From the IMG/VR virus record IMGVR_UViG_3300012001_000138, positions 1 to 57,340 of that record: a DNA stretch of 57,340 nucleotides; one strand, written 5' to 3'. The stretch is from a virus (taxonomy: Duplodnaviria > Caudoviricetes). Under the pieces are notes generated by a model, which saw only the letters and a list, made by a program, of their open reading frames with translations, searched no databases and had not been told where the DNA came from. Shown in pieces: positions 37,164-47,502 of the stretch; position 1 is the stretch's first letter, and every line of letters starts with the position of its first letter. The translations under genes and the position numbers were made by a program.

Positions 37164-37666
37164 TGCCGTCCCGCACCGTCCGTGCCGCCATCCGGAACTA
37201 CCTTGCCACCACCGCGGGCGTGACCAACGCCTACAAGGACGAACCGCGCTACGCCGTCGAAGGGCAGTGGTACGACCAAGCAGGGGCGCACGGGACCGTC
37301 ATTTACGTCCACATCGATGATGAGCGGGAGTCCCGCATCGTCCTCACCGGGTCCCCGGCAACGGGCCAGCGCATCGACTATGACGTGTCCGTCGTCATCC
37401 TCTACGAATACCTCGTCCCGGACGGGGAAGTCAGCGCCGACGATTGGGTGGACGGGCTCGATGACCTGATCGCCGCACTCAAGGCCCGGCTCCGGGCGGA
37501 CCCCTCCATGGGGACCGTCGCGGTCCCGGGTGGCCCACAGCTTGTCATGGCCGCGCAGGAGGATAACGCGCTCCACATTGCCCGGGACCTGCCCAAGCAG
37601 TCCGGCGGCGTTGTCCGGTCATGGAACGTCCTGCAGTTTAGGGCGTCCGAGATTTTGAGCGGGTAG
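37163..37666 (+). CDS. Tail terminator-like protein
   Basis: VRAAIRNYL...LDDLIAALKARLRADPSMG; position. Confidence 0.6.
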   Translation: MPSRTVRAAIRNYLATTAGVTNAYKDEPRYAVEGQWYDQAGAHGTVIYVHIDDERESRIVLTGSPATGQRIDYDVSVVILYEYLVPDGEVSADDWVDGLDDLIAALKARLRADPSMGTVAVPGGPQLVMAAQEDNALHIARDLPKQSGGVVRSWNVLQFRASEILSG

Positions 37667-38142
37667 TGGCAAACTCCCGCCGCCTTGGCGTCCACTCCCG
37701 CCATGCCATCCGGCTCGGTGTCCGGCCCCGGTCCGCAGTCCACCGAAAGGTCGGGGTCCGGCACCACACGTTCCGGCGGCTCTCCGGTGTCGGTGGTGGG
37801 GCGGCGAACTTCCATACGGCCAAGGCCCGTGCCGCGAACCATGCCCGCCTCTCGGCACGGGCGAAAGCGAAAGCCGCTGCCCGCACCGCCGTCCTCCGTT
37901 CACCGGCGCACCGGCAGGCCCTCCGGCTGGCGGCCCGCACGGTCGCGCTCCGGAAGGCCGCGGCGCGGACCGCGCAACTCCGCTCCCCCGCCCGCCGGAC
38001 CACCCTCCGGCTGGCGTCCCGGGCAGCAGCCCTTACCCGCCCGAAGATCTCCAAGCCCAAAGCCCCCCGCCGCCCAGCCAAACCCAAGCAGACCGTCCGG
38101 GGCGCCCCCATCAGTGCCCAGTCCTACATCAACATGTTCTGA
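37666..38142 (+). CDS. Extremely basic Arg/Ala/Lys-rich protein with a 28-aa tandem repeat
   Basis: No Asp or Glu in 158 aa; fills the gap between structural genes exactly (TAGTG coupling). Confidence 0.6.
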   Translation: MANSRRLGVHSRHAIRLGVRPRSAVHRKVGVRHHTFRRLSGVGGGAANFHTAKARAANHARLSARAKAKAAARTAVLRSPAHRQALRLAARTVALRKAAARTAQLRSPARRTTLRLASRAAALTRPKISKPKAPRRPAKPKQTVRGAPISAQSYINMF

Positions 38143-38154
38143 AAGGTCCCCACC

Positions 38155-38499
38155 GTGCCCAAGTACAACTACACCGGCTCCACCCCCCGGCTCCTGACCG
38201 GCCTCATTCAAGGCGTCAACGCCCACCACACCCCCGCGGACGGTGCCCCCACGGACCTCCCTGACGGTTCAACGATCGTCGTCGAGCCCGGCGACGTCGT
38301 GGACACCGGTGACCTGCTGTACCCGACGCACGAGTTCGTGGACCTCGCGACCGGGTCCGCGTCCGTGACCCCGGCGGACGTCCCCGTCGTGCAGGCCCCA
38401 GCCCCCGTCCCGGCCCCCACGCCTGCCCCGGCAGCTCCGGCCACGGACGCCGCCCCGGCACCCGTGGACCCCGCCCCAGCCCCCGCCCCCACCTTCTAA
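38155..38499 (+). CDS. Small structural protein with Pro/Ala tail
   Basis: GAAAGG RBS. Confidence 0.6.
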   Translation: MPKYNYTGSTPRLLTGLIQGVNAHHTPADGAPTDLPDGSTIVVEPGDVVDTGDLLYPTHEFVDLATGSASVTPADVPVVQAPAPVPAPTPAPAAPATDAAPAPVDPAPAPAPTF

Positions 38500-38513
38500 G
38501 GAGCCACTGACTC

Positions 38514-39491
38514 ATGACCGCTCTCGTTCTCACCCCCGGTAACCTCCAGTGGCTCGGCCTCGCCGTCGAATCCACCCCCGGCACCCCGGCCGCCGCGCCG
38601 ACCGTGTTCGTACCCATCGACTCCCCCAAGTGGGGCGCGAAGATCACCGCCCTCGTCGATCAGGCCCTCCGCGGCTTCATGGGCGCCGACTACCAGCAGG
38701 CGCAGGGCTCCCGCATGGACGAGGTCTCCTATAAGACCTACATGTACCCGTCCAGCTTCTTCACCCACCTCCGCGCCATCCTCGGCGGCACCGACACCGT
38801 GACAGGCTCCGCTGACCCGTGGACCCACAAGGTCTCGCTCCTGAACACCGCCGCCCTCCCGACCTATACGGCGTGGCTGGCCATGGGTGACGGCAAGTCC
38901 ATGCAGGTCCCCGGCATGGTCCTCGGCGACCTCAAGATCACCGTCAAAGCCAACGAACTGCCCACCATCGACGTCTCGTGGACGGGCCTGTCCGCTGCCA
39001 TCGTGACGTCCCCGACGAACACGCCCGCGACGGACGCCCCCATGCCTCCGTTCACCGCGAACATCACCGTCGGCGGCGCCAACCTTGGCAAGTACACGGA
39101 CATGTCGCTGGACTTCAAGCGCAACGTCCAGCCGGTCCTGACGCTGAACGGTACGGCGAACCCGTCCAGCATCTACTCCGGTGTCCTGTCCGTCACCGGG
39201 ACCACGAACGCCGTGTTCTCCGGCACCGCGGACTCGGACCTGACCAACCTCCTCACCAACGGTCAGCCCGCGCTCGTCCTGACGATCAACCCGCAGGGAG
39301 ACGCGGTCCACAAGGCCACCATCCAGTGCTCGAAGATCGCCTACGACAGTTCGGACCCGCAGCCCTCCCAGAACGGGTACATGACGATCAGCAACGCCTT
39401 CAAGGCACTCCTGAACGCCACGGACGCCCTCGACGGGAAGATGAGCCCCGTTCAGGTCCAGCTCCTCAACACCGCCGCCACCCCGCTCTAA
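38514..39491 (+). CDS. Major tail tube protein
   Basis: WLGLAVESTPGT N-terminal motif; size and position. Confidence 0.85.
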   Translation: MTALVLTPGNLQWLGLAVESTPGTPAAAPTVFVPIDSPKWGAKITALVDQALRGFMGADYQQAQGSRMDEVSYKTYMYPSSFFTHLRAILGGTDTVTGSADPWTHKVSLLNTAALPTYTAWLAMGDGKSMQVPGMVLGDLKITVKANELPTIDVSWTGLSAAIVTSPTNTPATDAPMPPFTANITVGGANLGKYTDMSLDFKRNVQPVLTLNGTANPSSIYSGVLSVTGTTNAVFSGTADSDLTNLLTNGQPALVLTINPQGDAVHKATIQCSKIAYDSSDPQPSQNGYMTISNAFKALLNATDALDGKMSPVQVQLLNTAATPL

Positions 39492-39526
39492 CCAACCCCA
39501 CCCCGGAAACAGGAGTTATCCCCCTC

Positions 39527-39985
39527 ATGTCTACACAGGTCACCATCCCCGGCGGCACCGCCGAACTGTTCACCGCCCCCGAACTCACCCCCCGACGCCG
39601 CCGCCCGCTGGAAAAACTCGACGTCCTCAACGGCCCCCTGTTCGCCAAGATCAGGGTCGCCCGGACGGTCACGAAAGCGGACGGCACGTCGGAGGAGAAC
39701 GTGGGCTTGTTCGGCCCCGATCTGGTCCTCACCGACCATGACGCGGACCTCCTGACCCGGTATCAGGACGCGAAGGTCTGGGCCCGGCTCAAGAGCTGGA
39801 CCCTGACCGACGCGCTCCCGGCCAGCCCGGACGCCCTGCTGGATGTCCCGGGCCCGGTCTACGACGCCCTCGCCGTGGGTGTTGCGGCGCTGGAGAAGGC
39901 CGAGGCGGTCGTGGTGGACCCGTTCACCCCGTCCGAGGCGACGTTGGAGAACCCCGAATCCCCTATTGGGGCCTCCGCCGTCTAG
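39527..39985 (+). CDS. Tail assembly chaperone (gpG-like)
   Basis: AGGAG RBS; RLKSWTL; between tail tube and tape measure. Confidence 0.75.
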   Translation: MSTQVTIPGGTAELFTAPELTPRRRRPLEKLDVLNGPLFAKIRVARTVTKADGTSEENVGLFGPDLVLTDHDADLLTRYQDAKVWARLKSWTLTDALPASPDALLDVPGPVYDALAVGVAALEKAEAVVVDPFTPSEATLENPESPIGASAV

Positions 39986-40224
39986 GCGACCTGTTACGAG
40001 GCCTACCCGTTAGTGAGGGTGCCATCCCGGCGGAGACGCTGGGCCGGTACTCCGAATACCGGTATCGGCGGCTGTTCCACATCAGCCATGAGGAATACAT
40101 GGACACCCCGCTTGAGGACATTGAGTGGATGCTCCACATGGAGCGGACCGAGACGGCGGCGCGGGCACCCAAACGTCCCGCGCCGCTGGCCCCGCCCGCC
40201 CCACCAACACCACGGATCGGGTGA
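39958..40224 (+). CDS. Tail assembly chaperone frameshift extension (gpGT-like, -1 frame)
   Basis: Open -1 frame IPYWGLRRLGDLL...YRRLFHISHEEYMDTPLEDIEWML...RIG with no obvious RBS or start of its own. Confidence 0.6.
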   Translation: MPYWGLRRLGDLLRGLPVSEGAIPAETLGRYSEYRYRRLFHISHEEYMDTPLEDIEWMLHMERTETAARAPKRPAPLAPPAPPTPRIG

Positions 40225-40230
40225 GTTTGG

Positions 40231-40674
40231 ATGGGCGGGTCATGGTCCGGGATTAGTGAGGCAATCAACGGGCTCAACCTCATGAACCAACGGGTGGACA
40301 AGGCCAACGCCTTGTCCACCACCGAGGTCGGGGCCGAAGTGGAGCGGGCCGCGAAAGCCAATTTCGAGGGCGCCCACCGGCGTAACGAACCGCGCGTCCC
40401 CAACTCCTCCAACAAACCCAACATCGTCACCGGCACCTTGCGCCGGTCCATCCGCACCACTGGCGTCCAACGCCTCGCCGGAGGCTACAGCACCACCGTC
40501 GGGCCGACCGCGATTTACGGGCGCCGGGTGGAGCTCGGCTTCACGGGCGCGGACTCCCGCGGCCGCCGCTACAACCAGCCCGCCTACCCGTTCTTCGGGC
40601 CCGGCGTCAAAGAGGTCCGGCTCCGCGTCCACGAAATCAGTGTCCGCAACTGGACCGCCGCCGTCCACGGCTAA
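40231..40674 (+). CDS. HK97 gp10-like tail completion protein
   Basis: PNIVTGTLRRSI, VGPTAIYGRRVELG, PAYPFFGP. Confidence 0.75.
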   Translation: MGGSWSGISEAINGLNLMNQRVDKANALSTTEVGAEVERAAKANFEGAHRRNEPRVPNSSNKPNIVTGTLRRSIRTTGVQRLAGGYSTTVGPTAIYGRRVELGFTGADSRGRRYNQPAYPFFGPGVKEVRLRVHEISVRNWTAAVHG

Positions 40675-40724
40675 CACCCCGCACCACCCCCCCATAACTC
40701 CACAACACGAGAGGCGGCCCCGCC

Positions 40725-43700
40725 GTGGCTTTCCTGCCCCCTGTCATCATGGAAATCCGTGCTCAGGCCGCCCAGTTCTTCGCCACCGTGGAGAAGGTCG
40801 CCGCCGCCACGCAGGCCATGGCCGATGAGACAGTCATCGCCACGGACGGCATGGGTTCAAAGGTCACCGCACGCACCGAAAAAATGGGTGCCTCCGTGTC
40901 CGCCGCTACCGAGGCGATGGCCGCGAAAGCGTCCGCCCAGACCGAAGGCATGGCCGCCCGGGTCGTCGCCGAAATCGACTCCATGAGCACCGGCGGGACC
41001 GCCGGGGCTGAGGGTATGGCTGCGAAAGTCACGGCCAGCATCGAGGAAATGGCGGCGGCCGTCTACCACGGCATGACCGAAATGACCGCCCAGACCTCGG
41101 CGGCGATGAAGGAGCAGTCCGCGTCCGTGGTCCGGGCGCAGGAAGCCAACACGGTCGCCGTGACCAAGGCAGCGGACGTGATTGCTGCCGCGGACTCCCG
41201 GGTCGTCAAAGCCGAGGAAGAAAAAGCGGCCGCCACGAAGGTCGCCGGGCTGCAGATGCAGTCCACGTTCGAGAAGACCGCCCTGTCCGGGGTAGCCTCC
41301 ATGGGCACCATGACCGGGGCCTTCGCCGGGGCCGCCCTCAAGCAGGCCGAAGCCGCGAAGGGTGCTGAGGCGAACCTGATGGGCGTGGCCAACGGCATCA
41401 CCAAAGTCGCGGCCGTCGCAGGGATCGCCATCGGCGTCATCGGTCTGGACATGGCCGCCCACTTCCAAAAATCCACGACCCTCCTCGTGACCGCTGGTGG
41501 GGAAGCGAAAGCGAACCTCGGGTTCGTCCGGGACGGCATTCTTGGGGTCGCGAAGGACACGGGTACGTCCACGGAGCAGCTCTCCGAAGGCATGTACGTG
41601 ATGGAGAAGGCAGGTTACCGGGGGGCGTCCGGGCTCGCCGCGCTCCGGGCCTCCGCTGAGGGTGCCAAGGCCGAGAACGTGGACCTTGCCACCATGACGC
41701 AGGCGACCACGGACATCCTGTTGGACTACGGCTACAAAATGGACAACGCCAAGGACGCCACCGCTTCCTCCGTGTCCGTCGTGAACCAGCTCGTGGCCGC
41801 CTCAGGTGCCGCGAAAACCACGATGCAGGACTTCGCAGCTTCCATGGCCGCCGTCGTCCCCATCGCCTCCTCAGCGCACATCAGCTTCGCCGAGGTTGGT
41901 GGGGCGCTGGCGACCATGACCCAGCACGGGCAGACCGCGCAGCAGTCCTCCCAGAACCTTGCCAACCTCATCCAGTCCCTCATCAAACCCAACCTGCAGG
42001 CCGCCGCGTCCATGCAGCAGATGGGCATCGACACGACGGACCTCGCCAAGAACCTCGGGAACACCGGCCTGTCCGGGGCGCTGAAAACCATCCACGATCA
42101 GGTCGTCTCCCACATGGGCCCGGACGGGCTCGTCCTGCAGGACACGATGGCGAAGAACAAGAACGCCACTCGGGACTTGAAAGCTGAGATGGCGGCCATG
42201 CCGCCGGAGCTTGCCAAACTCTCCCAAGGCCTCCTCGACGGGACCACAAGCCAGAAGGAATACGGGAAGGCCACCAAGGACCTTGGCGGCGTCGCGGGCG
42301 CGTCCGGGAACCAGTTCATGGCCCTCTACAAGTCCTCGCAGGGCTACAACACGGCCCTCAAGCAGGGCGCCCCGCTGATGATGACCTATCAGGCCGAAAT
42401 GACCAAGGTCCTCGGGAACGTGACCGCCGCACGCGCGGCCACGATGCTGCTAATGAACAACAGCGATGACCTGTACCGGTCCATCGCGCTCGTCACCGAC
42501 GCGGCAAAGCAGTCCGGGGACCACATCAGCACGTGGGCCGAAACCCAGTCGCAGCTCTCCGTGCAACTGGATCAGGCCAAGCAGCGGTCCGAGACGCTGG
42601 CCATCGAAATCGGGTCGAAACTGATCCCGGCCGCGAATGGGGCCCTGTCCGGCTTCGCCGACCTGTTCCACGGCTTCGAGCAAGGCAACCCTGTCCTCCT
42701 CGGCATCGCCGGGGTCCTCGGCGGCGTCATGGTCGTCTCCCTCGCCGCGTACACGATCAAAATGATCGAGGCCGGGGTCGCGACCGTCGACAAAATGATC
42801 ACAATGGGCGCCGAGGCCATAGCCATGGGCGGCAAGTTCGTCGCCGGGTTCCTCACCTCGGAAATCGCCGTCGGCCAGTTCTCCTCCAAAGCCGAAATCG
42901 CCGGGGCCAAGGTCCGCGGCATGGCACCCGCCCTCGGCGCCGTCGGCGTCGTGGCAGGGGTCGTCGGGATCGCCTTCATGGGCCTGAATGAGGCGCAGAA
43001 GGCGTGGGGGACGAACGACACCGCCCCCAAGGCCGACAAAATCCAGAAGGCCCTCGCAGCCCTCGGGACCACCGCGGACACGACCGGCAAAGTCCAGATG
43101 GACAACCTGTTCAAACAGTTCGACTCCGGGGCATTGAAGGCCGCCCCGAAGAACGTGGACGACCTCGATTCGGCAATCAAAGCCGTCACGCACGAGAGCT
43201 TCGACGACACAATGAACAAGGTCGGCGACTCCATCTCCCGGGCCTTCGGTGCCGGGACGACGTCGGGAATCGGGCAGGTCGAGGACCGGCTCAAGGGCGT
43301 CGGTGATTCCCTCGGGAAAATGGTTTCAGGCGGGCAGATCGACACGGCCGCTATCTCGTTCAACAAGCTCGCGACCTCCTACGAGCAGAACGGGAAGTCC
43401 GCGCAGGACGCCCTTGACACCATGCCCGGCTATAAGACCGCCCTTGTCGATCTGGCAGCCCAGACCGGGCAGACCCTTGCCCCGCAGGAGCTCCTTGAGC
43501 TGGCCATGGGTAAGGTCCCGAAGTCCATGCAGACCGCGGCGACGGCCACGACCACCTACACGGACGCGGCCGGGAACGTCCGGCCCATGAACGACCAGAT
43601 GAAGAAGTCGTTCGACGACGCTGGCGTGGCCATCGACGGGCAGATCACGGACCTTGGCAAACTGTACGACGCCATGGTCAAGACCGGCCTCGCGAACCTC

Positions 43701-44690
43701 TCCGCGAGGGACGCTGAGTTCCGGTTCGGGGACGCAGCCCGGACGGCGACGGAGAAAGCCGACGCGCTAAAAACGAAGCTCGGCGGGGACCTCTCAAGCG
43801 CCCTCGACGGGACCGGGGCCGACTTCAACAAGACCACGGCCGCCGGTAAGGAAGCGGAGGACCAGTTCTCGAACGTCGCCCAATCCGGTCTGCAGACGGC
43901 CTCGGTGCTGGCACATGACGTGACCAAGGGCGCCGGGGACGTGTCCAAGTCGCTCGGGGACACCGTGACGGCCATGGAGAAGACCGCTACAGGGTTCGGT
44001 CTTGGCAAAGACGCGGCGGAAGCCCTGACCCGGAAGGTCCTGAACATTCCGCCGGGTGTGGATATCAAGTCGTGGCTGGATGACACGGCCGCGAAGCAGG
44101 TCGCGGGCCTCAAGAAGGACCTCGACGGGCAGGACGGCCGCACCGTCAACGTCGCCATCAAAATCAACCCCATCGGGGAGCAGCGGTTCATCGACGCGGC
44201 CCTCGGCATCCCACTTCCCCCGGCGTCCATCGCCATCAACCCGGACGCCAACAAGGCTACGGGCGGGCTCCTCTCCCACATTCCCGGGAGGGCCGGGGGC
44301 GGGATTGTGGGGTTCGCCCGGGGCGGCTCTCCGCTCCTTGACGTGGGCCCGGGAGGGCTCCTTCACGGGCCCGGGTCCGGGACGTCGGACAGTATCCACG
44401 CGGCCGTGTCCAACGGCGAGTTCGTCATCCGGGAGGCCATGGTCCGCCGGTACGGGCTGGGACTGTTCAACTCCTTGAACGACGGCACGTTCGGGGCCAC
44501 CCAGTCCCACGCCTCAGTCTCAGCACTGGCCCCGGTCAACACCCCGCAGCTCGCCTACGCGGGCGGGGGTGGGCAGCGGGTGACGAACAACCACAAGACC
44601 GTCCATAACAGCGTGACCATCCACGCGGACGGGGTAGACCCCCGGCGGCTCTCCGCCGAACTCGGGAATCAGCTCCAGCTCATGTCCTAA
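40725..44690 (+). CDS. Tape measure protein
   Basis: 1321 aa, Ala-rich, TP901-type core, hydrophobic segments, C-terminal GPGSGTSDSI..VSNGEFVI. Confidence 0.95.
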   Translation: MAFLPPVIMEIRAQAAQFFATVEKVAAATQAMADETVIATDGMGSKVTARTEKMGASVSAATEAMAAKASAQTEGMAARVVAEIDSMSTGGTAGAEGMAAKVTASIEEMAAAVYHGMTEMTAQTSAAMKEQSASVVRAQEANTVAVTKAADVIAAADSRVVKAEEEKAAATKVAGLQMQSTFEKTALSGVASMGTMTGAFAGAALKQAEAAKGAEANLMGVANGITKVAAVAGIAIGVIGLDMAAHFQKSTTLLVTAGGEAKANLGFVRDGILGVAKDTGTSTEQLSEGMYVMEKAGYRGASGLAALRASAEGAKAENVDLATMTQATTDILLDYGYKMDNAKDATASSVSVVNQLVAASGAAKTTMQDFAASMAAVVPIASSAHISFAEVGGALATMTQHGQTAQQSSQNLANLIQSLIKPNLQAAASMQQMGIDTTDLAKNLGNTGLSGALKTIHDQVVSHMGPDGLVLQDTMAKNKNATRDLKAEMAAMPPELAKLSQGLLDGTTSQKEYGKATKDLGGVAGASGNQFMALYKSSQGYNTALKQGAPLMMTYQAEMTKVLGNVTAARAATMLLMNNSDDLYRSIALVTDAAKQSGDHISTWAETQSQLSVQLDQAKQRSETLAIEIGSKLIPAANGALSGFADLFHGFEQGNPVLLGIAGVLGGVMVVSLAAYTIKMIEAGVATVDKMITMGAEAIAMGGKFVAGFLTSEIAVGQFSSKAEIAGAKVRGMAPALGAVGVVAGVVGIAFMGLNEAQKAWGTNDTAPKADKIQKALAALGTTADTTGKVQMDNLFKQFDSGALKAAPKNVDDLDSAIKAVTHESFDDTMNKVGDSISRAFGAGTTSGIGQVEDRLKGVGDSLGKMVSGGQIDTAAISFNKLATSYEQNGKSAQDALDTMPGYKTALVDLAAQTGQTLAPQELLELAMGKVPKSMQTAATATTTYTDAAGNVRPMNDQMKKSFDDAGVAIDGQITDLGKLYDAMVKTGLANLSARDAEFRFGDAARTATEKADALKTKLGGDLSSALDGTGADFNKTTAAGKEAEDQFSNVAQSGLQTASVLAHDVTKGAGDVSKSLGDTVTAMEKTATGFGLGKDAAEALTRKVLNIPPGVDIKSWLDDTAAKQVAGLKKDLDGQDGRTVNVAIKINPIGEQRFIDAALGIPLPPASIAINPDANKATGGLLSHIPGRAGGGIVGFARGGSPLLDVGPGGLLHGPGSGTSDSIHAAVSNGEFVIREAMVRRYGLGLFNSLNDGTFGATQSHASVSALAPVNTPQLAYAGGGGQRVTNNHKTVHNSVTIHADGVDPRRLSAELGNQLQLMS

Positions 44691-44723
44691 CCCCGCACCA
44701 CCGAGCAAGGAAGGGACCCGCTC

Positions 44724-45644
44724 ATGGCCCTGTCGGATTACCAGATTCAACTCCCGGACGGGGCGATTGTTGGCGCTGGCCAGCCCGTGGGCCTGTTGGA
44801 GACAACAGGCCTGCGGGACCTCGCGAACCTGCGGTCCGCTGACGTGGATGCGGGGCAGGCTGACGGGTCCGTCCCGGGCCTGTCCTACGCCACGAAACGG
44901 GCGGTCCAGTTCAAATTCCTGATCGCCTCCCCCGGGGGCGGGGCGGAGGCCGCCTACGCGCCGCTGTCCCGGAACTGGCAGAACATCAGGGACCCCTCCA
45001 CGGTCGTGCTGACGGCGGGCTCGTACCTGTCCCAGCTCGCCGCGGGCGGGACCCGGCCGGTGTCCGGTGTGCAGGTCCAGCTCCCGGGCCGGGCCGCCCC
45101 GGTACTGCTCCTCGGCAGGCCCTCGAAACTAGGCCTGCCCGTGGACCGGACCTATCAGTTCGGTTGGTGGGAGATTGCGGCCGAATGGTCGGTCCCGGAC
45201 GGGCTGATCTACGGCGCGGTCCCGAACATTGCCACGGCCTACGGGATGCAGGTGTCCAAGGGCGCCCCGTTCCCGTGGGTCTTCCCCGTCGTGTTCCCCC
45301 CCTCCACCGGCGGGACCGTGACGGCCATCAACGCCGGGTCCTACCCCGCAAAACCGGTCTACCGGATCACGGGGCCCGTCACGACCCCGAGGATCAGCAA
45401 CCCGGCCACCGGGCAGGCCATCCAAATCAACCTGACCATCGGGCCGGGTGACCTCCTCATCGTGGACACAGCCTCCCGGGCGGTCCGCCTGAACGGGGTG
45501 AACCGGAACAACGCACTAGACGTGGGCTCGAGTTTCTTCGACGTCGCCCCGGGCGGTGCCGCGCTCCGATACTCCTCCTCCGATTCGAACCCGACGGGCT
45601 CCCAACTGTCCATCTACACGCTGGACACCTACTCGACCCTCTAG
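44724..45644 (+). CDS. Distal tail (Dit)-like minor tail protein
   Basis: FPWVFP, NAGSYPAKPVYRITGP, VDTASRAVRLNG; follows TMP. Confidence 0.8.
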   Translation: MALSDYQIQLPDGAIVGAGQPVGLLETTGLRDLANLRSADVDAGQADGSVPGLSYATKRAVQFKFLIASPGGGAEAAYAPLSRNWQNIRDPSTVVLTAGSYLSQLAAGGTRPVSGVQVQLPGRAAPVLLLGRPSKLGLPVDRTYQFGWWEIAAEWSVPDGLIYGAVPNIATAYGMQVSKGAPFPWVFPVVFPPSTGGTVTAINAGSYPAKPVYRITGPVTTPRISNPATGQAIQINLTIGPGDLLIVDTASRAVRLNGVNRNNALDVGSSFFDVAPGGAALRYSSSDSNPTGSQLSIYTLDTYSTL

Positions 45645-45656
45645 GAGGCGTACCCC

Positions 45657-46772
45657 GTGCAGAACTACCGTGTGTCCGCGTGGGACCTGAACGCGAACAC
45701 CCTCCTCACGGACCTCGCGGTCAGGGACTCCTCCTACAACGTCCGCATGAACGATGCTGGCGAGTGCTCGTTCTCGCTCCCCCTCGCGGACCCCATGGCG
45801 AAGGACCTGACCGCCGTCATTCTCGGGCTCGATGACGTGCCGTTCAAAGTGTTGGTGACGGCGAACGATAACAGCCGCATCCTGTACGCCGGGATGGTGA
45901 CGAAACCGGCGATGGAGTCCTCCAGTGAGTGGCTGATCTGCACGGGCAAGGCCCTCCCGTCGTACTTCCTGCAGACCGTCATCCCGAACGATTACACGGC
46001 GCCAATCGACCCGGCCGTGCTGGTCCAGAACGTGATCGCCGACGTGCAGGCCCAGCCCGGCTACAACATCGGCATCCTTACCCGGCAGCAGGTCGCCGCT
46101 ACCCCGGCGAACATCACCCCCGTCTACCCGAAGACCCAGCGGACCACTGTCGCTCAGGTCCTCACAGACGTCACCGCAGCCGTCGCCCCGGGCACCGGCG
46201 GGGTGGACTACTACATGGAGCACGCCTTCATTAGCGGGGCCCCGCAGCACACCCTTGTCGTGGCCGCGCCCCGGTCCGGGCGGTCCTCGGTCACGTCCCA
46301 GCTCAAGCTCGACCTGATGGGCCCGGGCGTGGAGTGGAAGAGGTCAGCGGATTCGACCGCGGCCGGGAACCACATCACCGTCGTCGGGTCAGGGTCCGGG
46401 GCGGTCCAGCCGAACGCGACCGCAACCGCAACGTTCCCCGTCGGCGGGGCAGGCCAGCCGCCGCGCCTCGATCAGATCCTCCAGTTCAACCACATCCAGT
46501 CCCAATCCCAGCTCCAACTCATCGCAAATGGTGCCGTGCAAATGTTCGGTCATTCCGTGCTCGCCCTGACCGTGACCCTCCCGACGGACTTCGAGGGCCT
46601 CTCCCTTGGCGACTTCACCATCGGCGATGACGTGCAGGTCTGGTCCGAGCCGTCCATCTGGTTCCCAAAGGGCCTGAATGTGTGGCTGCGGATTGTCGCG
46701 TACCGGGTGGACCTCGCCAACGAGGGCGTCTCAAAAATGACCCTGACATTCAACCGTCCCCCCGTGTTCTAA
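45657..46772 (+). CDS. Minor tail / baseplate hub protein
   Basis: Position after Dit; FTIGDDVQV...LRIVAYRV. Confidence 0.75.
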   Translation: MQNYRVSAWDLNANTLLTDLAVRDSSYNVRMNDAGECSFSLPLADPMAKDLTAVILGLDDVPFKVLVTANDNSRILYAGMVTKPAMESSSEWLICTGKALPSYFLQTVIPNDYTAPIDPAVLVQNVIADVQAQPGYNIGILTRQQVAATPANITPVYPKTQRTTVAQVLTDVTAAVAPGTGGVDYYMEHAFISGAPQHTLVVAAPRSGRSSVTSQLKLDLMGPGVEWKRSADSTAAGNHITVVGSGSGAVQPNATATATFPVGGAGQPPRLDQILQFNHIQSQSQLQLIANGAVQMFGHSVLALTVTLPTDFEGLSLGDFTIGDDVQVWSEPSIWFPKGLNVWLRIVAYRVDLANEGVSKMTLTFNRPPVF

Positions 46773-46784
46773 GGAGCCCCACCC

Positions 46785-47486
46785 GTGGTGAACGCCAACC
46801 TTGACCCGTCCTACTGGCTCGCCCAGCAGGTCCGCCAGATCGCCGCGCAGCTCGCGGCCCTCGCCACCCAGCCCGTCCTCGCCAACGCATCCAGCGACGG
46901 GCCAAACGGGTCCATGAGCATCGTCCGGGACGCCGTGTCCGGCCAGCCCGCCATCACCTTCATCTACACCGGTGGGGGCGGGTCCCTGACCGCCCAGATT
47001 TATGAGACGACAGGCGGGTCCATCCAGATCACCGGCGGCCTGCAGGTCTCCGGGCCCAAGAGTTTCGTCATGACCCACCCCACCAAACCCGGATACCTCC
47101 TCCGGCACGCTTCCACGGAGTCGCCGGTGAACGGTGTGGAGTATTGGGGCACCTCGATCACCGACTCCACCGGCAAAGCGGTCGTGACCCTCCCGGCCTA
47201 CTTTGAGGCCCTCACGAAACCGGACAACAGGATTGTTCAACTCACCGCGCAGGGCGCCCCCACCTCGCTCGCGTACGACCCCATAGTGGCCGGGGCGTTC
47301 ACGGTCAGGGGCGTGTCCGGGACCCCGTTCTCGTGGCTGGTGAAGGCGGAGCGGGCGTCCCAGTCCGGGGACTGGCCCATTGACTTCCCCGCTGAGGAAC
47401 CCGGCGCCGTAGAGGGGCCCCCGGAGACGGACACCCCGCCACCGGCAGCACCACCGTCCCTGATGACCGCAAACCCGACCGTCTAA
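46785..47486 (+). CDS. Minor tail protein with C-terminal chaperone-like domain
   Basis: KSFVMTHPTKPGYLLRHASTESPVNGVEYWG...LPAYFEAL...FSWLVKAER. Confidence 0.7.
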   Translation: MVNANLDPSYWLAQQVRQIAAQLAALATQPVLANASSDGPNGSMSIVRDAVSGQPAITFIYTGGGGSLTAQIYETTGGSIQITGGLQVSGPKSFVMTHPTKPGYLLRHASTESPVNGVEYWGTSITDSTGKAVVTLPAYFEALTKPDNRIVQLTAQGAPTSLAYDPIVAGAFTVRGVSGTPFSWLVKAERASQSGDWPIDFPAEEPGAVEGPPETDTPPPAAPPSLMTANPTV

Positions 47487-47502
47487 CCGAAAGGCCCCCG
47501 CC

